A stretch of DNA of 8,363 bases from Candidatus Woesearchaeota archaeon (lineage in GTDB: Archaea > Nanobdellota > Nanobdellia > UBA10117): assembly GCA_023245115.1 (NCBI GenBank), contig JAHFKX010000004.1, positions 10,856-19,218 on the forward strand, in the 5' to 3' direction. Positions 1 through 4,972 of this stretch are shown one piece after another (position 1 is the stretch's first letter; every line of letters begins with the position of its first letter). Under the pieces are notes generated by a model. That model was not told where the DNA came from. It did no database searches and worked only from the letters and a program-made list of their open reading frames with translations. The position numbers and the translations under genes were made by a program.

Positions 1-1539
1 TTTGTGGTGCCAATGGGTAGGCTTTGCGGTGGTAACGAAAATCCTGATTACGATCAATGCTTGCAGACTGTCGTTAAAAATGACGCGAGGAGGGTTGCAC
101 GATTTAACATAGTTAAAATGGCAGCGTTCACTCTCGCATCAATAGTATTTGGCCCAGAGGCATGGGTCCATGTTCAGGCAGATGAAATAGCAAATGATGT
201 GGAAAATCTTGGTCAGGCCAAAAAGATAATTGCAGATCCACCTGATGTGAATTATAAAATGCCAGTCGTTTTAACGCACAAAGCTATTAATCCATTGAAT
301 GGCGTAGACGCTCAAACGCAAATAATTAATAAGCTGTTCACTGCCGGCGGAGACTATGCTGATGCCGTAGATGCGTTTGTATCTGCAAATGAAAAATTAA
401 TGGGTGCGGAGCAGGCCAAAGATTATTATTGGATACGGGCGCACGCGATAGAATCAAGGCAGTATGCGCTTCTCGCTGCCCAAAAACTTGCTGTGTTAAA
501 TCAGGCATTCATTGATTCGGCAAATTTCGCACTGCAAAAGCTTAATGGCAATGATGTAATTCTAACACGCGCACAGCTAGCAAATTTCCAGGCAAACCTG
601 AAAGCACAAGGTACCGCGGCATTACCGCCACAGGAATTACAAATGCTTAAAAATAATCTCAATGGCACGGATGCGGATGCCAAAAATCTCGTTTCAGACA
701 TACTGCAGATATCGCCAGATTCCTGGGATGAAACACCATTTTCTGTCAAAAGCAGCGCAGGCATAAACGCAAATAAGGATTTAATCAATAGCTTCAACGA
801 TTTTTCTTCGAACATTGGCTCGAACGTGCGCCTTGGCAATGTGGAAGTACCTGTCTTTATATCTACGCCGCAAATTGCGCACTCCATAAAAATAAACTTG
901 AACTATGACAGCAGTAAATATACCTACAGTGGCAGCTCAGGTTTGAAAATGCAAATTCCGAGTACAGTTTATAGAATTACAGAACAGCCACAGGGAAAAC
1001 TGCTAATAGAATTAGTGAGTAAAGACGGAATACCCGCAGGCACTGCTGGTACGCTTCTTTATTTGAAATTTATACAAAGTAGTGATGTTAGCCAAATTAC
1101 CAGTTTAGGAGACGACGCGGCTGGCTGGCTGTACCCAGGTTCGTCAGTACCACTGCCACCGCCCACAATTCCACAAATACTAATCTTCAAAAACGGCGCC
1201 TGGATAACAGTCGTTGGGCCAACAACACCGCAGCCACAGCCAGACGTAACAAACAACAAGGCAGCGCAGTGGGACGGAACAACTTGGCGGATGGTTCCTA
1301 TGCCAACGCAGGTGAACGTTTGGACTGGCAGCAGTTGGGCACTGGGAACTGCGCCAACAGCAAGCCAAACACAACCAGCTACATCTGCACCGGTAGGCCA
1401 GATGTACGTTTGGACAGGCACAAGCTGGGTATTAGCAGATGCTAATTTAGTAAATACCGCGCTAAGGCCAGCACAAATGTCAGTGTATGATGTTGGAATG
1501 GGCCAGTGGGTTTTGACAAGCCTTACCCTTCCGAAATAA
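1..1539 (+). CDS. Large secreted/surface-type protein, 5'-truncated by the window edge (helical N-part, cohesin-like beta segment, Pro/Thr/Gln linkers with Trp repeats at the C-terminus)
   Basis: Frame 1 is open from base 1 (ttt gtg gtg cca atg ...) to TAA at 1537-1539. The GTG at 4 in the ORF track is therefore probably an edge artefact and the true start lies upstream. The ATG at 118, just before the hydrophobic stretch AAFTLASIVFG, is a weaker alternative start. This is the longest ORF in the window, and all overlapping antisense ORFs are shorter. No catalytic motif recognised. Confidence 0.8.
   Translation, partial: FVVPMGRLCGGNENPDYDQCLQTVVKNDARRVARFNIVKMAAFTLASIVFGPEAWVHVQADEIANDVENLGQAKKIIADPPDVNYKMPVVLTHKAINPLNGVDAQTQIINKLFTAGGDYADAVDAFVSANEKLMGAEQAKDYYWIRAHAIESRQYALLAAQKLAVLNQAFIDSANFALQKLNGNDVILTRAQLANFQANLKAQGTAALPPQELQMLKNNLNGTDADAKNLVSDILQISPDSWDETPFSVKSSAGINANKDLINSFNDFSSNIGSNVRLGNVEVPVFISTPQIAHSIKINLNYDSSKYTYSGSSGLKMQIPSTVYRITEQPQGKLLIELVSKDGIPAGTAGTLLYLKFIQSSDVSQITSLGDDAAGWLYPGSSVPLPPPTIPQILIFKNGAWITVVGPTTPQPQPDVTNNKAAQWDGTTWRMVPMPTQVNVWTGSSWALGTAPTASQTQPATSAPVGQMYVWTGTSWVLADANLVNTALRPAQMSVYDVGMGQWVLTSLTLPK
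826..1086 (+). other. Cohesin-like beta-sandwich segment inside the 1..1539 protein (tentative)
   Basis: The peptide is VRLGNVEVPVFISTPQIAHSIKINLNYDSSKYTYSGSSGL...QGKLLIELVSKDGIPAGTAGTLLYLKFIQSSD. It follows the alternating-strand pattern I associate with cohesin-type modules: V-x-V-P-V-x-I, h-x-h-x-h-x-Y-D, G-K-h-h-h-x-h, G-x-x-G-x-L-x-x-h-x-F. This is pattern recognition only; no profile search was possible. Confidence 0.3.
1180..1524 (+). repeat. Five degenerate peptide repeats with a W-x-G-x-x-W / G-x-W-h-h core, separated by Pro/Thr/Gln-rich linkers
   Basis: R1 1183-1221 IFKNGAWITVVGP. R2 1261-1305 AAQWDGTTWRMVPMP. R3 1312-1356 VNVWTGSSWALGTAP. R4 1399-1443 QMYVWTGTSWVLADA. R5 1477-1524 MSVYDVGMGQWVLTSL. 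R3 and R4 are also similar at DNA level: cgtttggacTggcaGCagTtgggC at 1317-1340 versus cgtttggacAggcaCAagCtgggT at 1407-1430, 19/24 identical. Confidence 0.7.
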
Positions 1540-1662
1540 AACCAGTGCTAAGCCCGGACTGCCATTACGCCTTGTCTAGTTGCAATTGTTTGGCCATCGC
1601 CAGCCCAGCCTGCGCTAAAGCCGGCAATATATTTCAATCTCGCGCCGAGTGGCAAGTTAACG

Positions 1663-1675
1663 TTATATTTCTTTT
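1663..1675 (+). terminator. Oligo-T tract, candidate archaeal termination signal downstream of the 1..1539 gene
   Basis: The sequence ttatatttctttt lies on the sense strand about 125 nt after the stop codon. Archaeal RNAP terminates at T-rich tracts. There is no direct evidence. Confidence 0.3.
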
Positions 1676-1716
1676 GCCTCATAATATTGCCATATCAAAA
1701 CCGAACACAAGCCCAG

Positions 1717-1745
1717 CAAAACATTTATAAATGCACAATATTGCC
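1717..1745 (+). promoter_or_regulatory. BRE/TATA promoter of the 1751..3471 operon, plus a promoter-proximal box
   Basis: The sequence is caaaacaTTTATAAAtgCACAATATTGCCgtaagATG. The TATA box TTTATAAA is at 1724-1731, centred 23.5 nt upstream of ATG 1751. There is an A-rich BRE-like stretch upstream and no Shine-Dalgarno, so a leaderless mRNA is predicted. Confidence 0.65.
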
Positions 1746-1750
1746 GTAAG

Positions 1751-2377
1751 ATGATTAAAATGGACGAAATAAGCGCATATTATAAATCAGTAACTGTTGA
1801 ATTTCCAGAATGGTACGCGAAACCGTTTGCTTTTCCATTCAAAAAAGAGGCTGGCGCAATATCTGGCGACAATGTAACATTTACGAGAGGCAAGACGCGT
1901 TTCGTTGTAAAAATTTGGCCACATAGTATACCTCGCCAGTTTTCTGATAATACGGCAATCCAGGATCTCATAGTCCGGCCCGCAATTGAAATGGTTTTAG
2001 CAGATATGAATACTATTAACGATTTAGTTCCGAAATTCAGGCGCCTTGCAAGGGCTGAGAAAATGCAGGCACAGCTTTTTTACGAGCGCGAGACTATTAG
2101 TGGCGATTGGTATAGGGTTTTTGATTATTCGCTATCGCCAAAAGCACTCGGAGATCGGCATTCGTTTGAAGCATTGTTGCCACTTAAATCGCAAAACCCA
2201 GATAAAGTTGCAAAGTTAATAATGCCCGAGCATCGCTCATTATTCGAGTTAGTGCAGCATGTTGACAAAGAAGAAGATCATATTGCGTACGTAAAAGGAA
2301 AAACCTTGCGCGAGGCAGCCGAGCGCGCACTACAAATTTATCGCTTGGCACCAAGGCTGGCTAGGATGAGAGTGTGA
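1751..2377 (+). CDS. Hypothetical protein (208 aa), first gene of a 4-gene operon
   Basis: The ATG sits 23.5 nt downstream of the TATA-box centre. The ORF runs without stops, and its TGA (2375-2377) overlaps the start of the next gene. No recognisable motif. Confidence 0.75.
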   Translation: MIKMDEISAYYKSVTVEFPEWYAKPFAFPFKKEAGAISGDNVTFTRGKTRFVVKIWPHSIPRQFSDNTAIQDLIVRPAIEMVLADMNTINDLVPKFRRLARAEKMQAQLFYERETISGDWYRVFDYSLSPKALGDRHSFEALLPLKSQNPDKVAKLIMPEHRSLFELVQHVDKEEDHIAYVKGKTLREAAERALQIYRLAPRLARMRV

Positions 2378-2835
2378 TGGTAGAAAAACTAACAGCAGAG
2401 CAGTACATGGCAGAAAAAGGCTACATAATAACTTTTGGAAGGCAGCTGGTAATTGTTTTTGGCGAACCTGCCAATGTCGAACGCTACCGCACATATTTTT
2501 TTGCAAGGAGCACACCAGATTTTGCGGAATTCGCAGATATATACAACGTACATGTAAATCTAAACCGCGCGCCAGACTATTATGGTGACCCGGAATCGCA
2601 ATTACAACTTCTCGCAGGCGAAGCAGTTGCGAAAAAATTTGGTTATGAAATAGAATCAGATAAACATCAGTCGCTCGTAGTCCATGTTGCTACAAGGGCT
2701 AGCGCCGATAGGCTAGTCGAAGCAGTTCAAACATATCACAGAATCGTAACTTCTGAGCAATTTAGGTTAGCAGTTGCCGCTGAAACGCAGGCAAGGCATG
2801 ACTTCCAAAAAGTGTTGGAGGATTTGTTAAAATGA
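2374..2835 (+). CDS. Hypothetical protein (about 152-153 aa), second operon gene
   Basis: The start is either GTG 2374 or, more likely, ATG 2377, which shares its A with the upstream TGA (tgATG coupling). A weak SD, AGGA, lies at 2363-2366. No recognisable motif. Confidence 0.75.
   Translation: MMVEKLTAEQYMAEKGYIITFGRQLVIVFGEPANVERYRTYFFARSTPDFAEFADIYNVHVNLNRAPDYYGDPESQLQLLAGEAVAKKFGYEIESDKHQSLVVHVATRASADRLVEAVQTYHRIVTSEQFRLAVAAETQARHDFQKVLEDLLK
2817..2822 (+). promoter_or_regulatory. Shine-Dalgarno site for the 2832 gene
   Basis: GGAGGA lies 9 nt upstream of ATG 2832, inside the 3' end of the preceding gene. Confidence 0.55.
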
Positions 2836-3110
2836 ATCCAATGAACTATTTAAGGGCACATAAACTCGAAACTGTACTTGGCATTGGAACAGCTGTATCT
2901 GGCGGGGCGCTTTGGTATGCTATTGCGGCTGGCCAGCTTTTGGAATCTGCGGTTCTTACGGGTGACTTGCTAATATACGCCATGGTTTACGCGACTATGC
3001 GGGACCGAAAGAAGGCAGCACAGCAAACTTTTGCGATAATGGCAAGGCATGAACTTGCCCATGTAGCTCAAACCATGCCGAAGCTTGAAGGTAGGTTAGC
3101 AGGAGAATAA
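2832..3110 (+). CDS. Small putative 2-TM membrane protein (92 aa), third operon gene
   Basis: An ATGA start/stop overlap with the upstream gene at 2832-2835. Two hydrophobic, Gly/Ala-rich segments (LETVLGIGTAVSGGALWYAIAAG and AVLTGDLLIYAMVYATM) are followed by a basic stretch, RDRKK. Confidence 0.7.
   Translation: MNPMNYLRAHKLETVLGIGTAVSGGALWYAIAAGQLLESAVLTGDLLIYAMVYATMRDRKKAAQQTFAIMARHELAHVAQTMPKLEGRLAGE
3101..3106 (+). promoter_or_regulatory. Shine-Dalgarno site for the 3112 gene
   Basis: AGGAGA lies 5 nt upstream of ATG 3112, overlapping the last codons of the upstream gene. Confidence 0.55.
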
Positions 3111-3111
3111 A

Positions 3112-3471
3112 ATGGCTAATTATACAAATTTAGCAGAGCAAGGGGGAATTTACTTAGAAAAAACTCAAACAGAAGGCTGGCACTCGCAGCCCGGCAGGCC
3201 AGTAAGGCAGGTCAGCATCGGAGAGGCAAGAAAATTACTCGGACAGGGTTTCCGAGTAGTGTATCAAAGGCCGCATGTCGTCAGCGTCCGCACAAATATT
3301 GGTGATGCGACTGCATTTTTAGTAAATAATACGGAAGGCCGCCCGATTTCGTTCAACGGCGGGGATCTGACTGCTTTAGTAGGTCAGCATGTGTTAATCA
3401 GACCAGATAATAAACCAGATATAGTTGTGCGCGTGTTTCCAAGGCCAGCAAGACTAAAGCAAGAACATTAA
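3112..3471 (+). CDS. Hypothetical protein (119 aa), fourth operon gene
   Basis: The start is 1 nt after the upstream TAA and has an SD. The sequence looks beta-rich. No recognisable motif. Confidence 0.75.
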   Translation: MANYTNLAEQGGIYLEKTQTEGWHSQPGRPVRQVSIGEARKLLGQGFRVVYQRPHVVSVRTNIGDATAFLVNNTEGRPISFNGGDLTALVGQHVLIRPDNKPDIVVRVFPRPARLKQEH

Positions 3472-4091
3472 TTGTGCAAATTTTCTTCAGCCATTATTGC
3501 GTTTCCGTAGATGATCGCATGCATGGCAAGCTGGCCGAAAATAATTTTCAGGTGTTCCGTGTTGTCCGGAAGAGATTTTAAGACGTCATCAATGCTCTCG
3601 CTCGCGCGCAAAAACGCAAGCCTAGGAAATACGACATCAGGCGTACAGCCAAGGATTTTAAGCATATCAAAGAAAATTGCCCGGTAGCCAGTCATGTACC
3701 TGCTTGCAACCTGCTCTGGTTTTTTTCTGCCGTAAATAACGTTCACAAGCTCGCAGGAAAATTCAGAATCTAACTGGAACTTCAGGATTTTTTCTGAAAA
3801 TTTACGTTTCAGCAAATCGCTGTTTTTTTCTGCCTTAAGTTCTTCTAAATCTTTTTCTAGGCAATCTGGCTGTTCTTTCGGCGCGCCATCTAAATCAGTA
3901 TCAGCAAAATATTGCATGCGAAAATATCTGTCAATAAATTCAACTGCATTTTTTGCTTGGTTGGCTTTTTCTTTGAGCAGCAGGTCACCTAGCGTACCGC
4001 TGGCATGGGCAGCAACAATTTCCATGAGCTTGCAGTCCTGGTACAGCATGCCCATCACGTCCGCAGAGTCTATGTTTTGTTTTGAAACCAT
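3468..4091 (-). CDS. Hypothetical, predicted all-helical protein (207 aa)
   Basis: A 207-codon ORF convergent with the 3112..3471 gene, with the two stops overlapping in TTAA at 3468-3471. It is transcribed divergently from the phosphatase gene across a 57-bp spacer. No recognisable motif; I looked for a HEPN-type R-x4-6-H and found none. Confidence 0.75.
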   Translation of the reverse strand: MVSKQNIDSADVMGMLYQDCKLMEIVAAHASGTLGDLLLKEKANQAKNAVEFIDRYFRMQYFADTDLDGAPKEQPDCLEKDLEELKAEKNSDLLKRKFSEKILKFQLDSEFSCELVNVIYGRKKPEQVASRYMTGYRAIFFDMLKILGCTPDVVFPRLAFLRASESIDDVLKSLPDNTEHLKIIFGQLAMHAIIYGNAIMAEENLHN

Positions 4092-4114
4092 TTGGCTCGC
4101 AGTTATAGTAAACT

Positions 4115-4142
4115 AAAGATTTATAAATATATCCATATAGCT
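4115..4142 (+). promoter_or_regulatory. BRE/TATA promoter of the phosphatase gene
   Basis: The sequence is tAAAGATTTATAAAtatatccATATAGCTtaaagtATG. The TATA box at 4120-4127 is centred 25.5 nt upstream of ATG 4149. The 13-mer AAAGATTTATAAA is identical to the one at 7757-7769. No SD, so a leaderless mRNA is predicted. Confidence 0.65.
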
Positions 4143-4148
4143 TAAAGT

Positions 4149-4946
4149 ATGGTAACCGCACAAGACTTGATAACTGCCTGCTCCGAATTAATGCAGTCCT
4201 TTAGCCAGAAGCCCGCAGTCATTGAGGATTCCGCCGAAAAAGTTTTAGTTGTCGGTGATGTTCATGGTGATTTGGGAACGCTGCAATATGTCCTGGGTCA
4301 ATTGCCGAACTTTGATCGCGTTGTTTTTGTGGGCGATTACATTGACCGCGGTGCGCAGGATATTGAGGTTTTAAACTTACTGCCCGTGCTGGCACGAAAT
4401 CCAAACGTTGTTCTTCTGCCCGGGAATCACGATGCAGAGTCCTTAGTAATACCGAGGAATTTTAGAAAAAAGATTGCTGGTCTTGGCAAGTCGCCCGCAG
4501 AAGTTACAGAGACGATGTATGTGGCGGCATTTAAGATTGCGCCAATTGCATATTGTAATTCCAAACATAAAATGTTAGTTGTGCACGGGGGCATACCATG
4601 TGAACGGCTTAGCGAGAATAAAACAGATAATTATGTTTTCAAAAATTGGGGTAAGGTTTTATTTGACCCATTAGTACAGGAAATTTTGTGGAATGATTTT
4701 ACATTTGAGCAGGCTGACCAACATAGTGAACGCAGTGGCAGCCGGGAAGTTAGCGACAGTGCTGCAAGAGAGTTCATGCAGTTTAATGGTTTAGAGCTTT
4801 TAGTCCGCGGCCACCAGTCGCCAGCGTTTAACACCATTTACGATTTGGGCGCAGGCAAATCAATCGTAACTGTTGGCAGTGCTTCAGTTTACAGCGGCAA
4901 CCGGGCAGTATTTGCGCTGCCGGAGAAAAAATTAATTAGGTTTTAA
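4149..4946 (+). CDS. PPP-family metallophosphatase (Ser/Thr protein phosphatase, PP1-arch / bacterial-like PPP type; an ApaH-like activity is not excluded)
   Basis: The full PPP signature is present in the canonical order and spacing. GDVHGD is at aa 36-41 (nt 4254-4271), GDYIDRG at aa 62-68 (nt 4332-4352) and GNHD at aa 92-95 (nt 4422-4433). These are followed by VVHGGI, ILWNDF (the LWSDP-like motif), LLVRGHQ and GSASVYSG (the SAPNY-like motif). Confidence 0.9.
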   Translation: MVTAQDLITACSELMQSFSQKPAVIEDSAEKVLVVGDVHGDLGTLQYVLGQLPNFDRVVFVGDYIDRGAQDIEVLNLLPVLARNPNVVLLPGNHDAESLVIPRNFRKKIAGLGKSPAEVTETMYVAAFKIAPIAYCNSKHKMLVVHGGIPCERLSENKTDNYVFKNWGKVLFDPLVQEILWNDFTFEQADQHSERSGSREVSDSAAREFMQFNGLELLVRGHQSPAFNTIYDLGAGKSIVTVGSASVYSGNRAVFALPEKKLIRF

Positions 4947-4972
4947 TCATAAAAATTTGGCGCATTATAAGT
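4947..4972. terminator. Short AT-rich convergent spacer with oligo-T tracts on both strands (candidate bidirectional termination zone)
   Basis: The spacer tcataaaaatttggcgcattataagt lies between the stops of 4149..4946 (+) and 4973..6085 (-). A5 at 4951-4955 reads as T5 on the minus strand, and tttt spans the + strand stop at 4941-4944. Confidence 0.3.

Noticed and set aside
501-887. 128-aa minus-strand ORF inside the 1..1539 gene
   Set aside because: It lies entirely antisense to a much longer ORF that has a coherent domain and repeat structure. Its translation is Cys/Ser/Phe-rich and implausible, and it has no promoter signal.
1141-1400. Pro/Thr/Gln-rich stretches (PLPPPTIPQ, PTTPQPQP, PTASQTQPATSAP) as collagen-like or mucin-like repeats
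   Set aside because: They show no Gly-X-Y periodicity and no exact tandem unit. They behave as flexible linkers between the Trp repeats rather than as a repeat family of their own.
1059-1421. 120-aa and nested 64-aa (1180..1374) minus-strand ORFs
   Set aside because: They are antisense shadows of the Pro/Thr/Gln/Trp repeat region. Codon-complement effects of a repetitive GC-richer stretch keep the frame open. The translations are Cys/Trp/Val-rich and unlikely to be real.
1548-1682. 44-aa minus-strand ORF (MRQKKYNVNLPLGARLKYIAGFSAGWAGDGQTIATRQGVMAVRA) found by hand in the same spacer
   Set aside because: The only TATA element is about 42 nt from its ATG, not the ~25 nt seen for every other gene. 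It has no SD and is too short to evaluate. I kept it only as a remote possibility.
1506-1730. 74-aa plus-strand ORF spanning the 1540-1750 intergenic region
   Set aside because: It starts inside the preceding gene, runs through the T-rich terminator candidate and the TATA box of the next operon, and has no promoter or SD. It is most likely non-coding spacer.
1780-2515. Minus-strand ORFs 1780..1971 and 2330..2515
   Set aside because: Both are short, antisense to operon genes and without promoters. The second straddles a translationally coupled gene junction.
3916-4116. 66-aa plus-strand ORF overlapping the 5' end of 3468..4091
   Set aside because: It is antisense to a 207-aa ORF, ends within the divergent promoter spacer, has no expression signals and gives a low-complexity Ser/Ala/Trp-rich translation.
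4219-4837. Minus-strand ORFs 4219..4404 and 4631..4837 inside the phosphatase gene
   Set aside because: The plus-strand frame carries a complete, correctly ordered PPP motif set, so the antisense frames are shadows.
4149-4946. Reading the metallophosphatase as an Mre11/SbcD-type nuclease or a defence-system phosphoesterase
   Set aside because: GDYIDRG, ILWNDF, VRGHQ and GSASVY are PPP-specific motifs rather than Mre11/SbcD motifs, and no SMC/Rad50-like ATPase partner is adjacent. An ApaH-like activity within the PPP family cannot be excluded.
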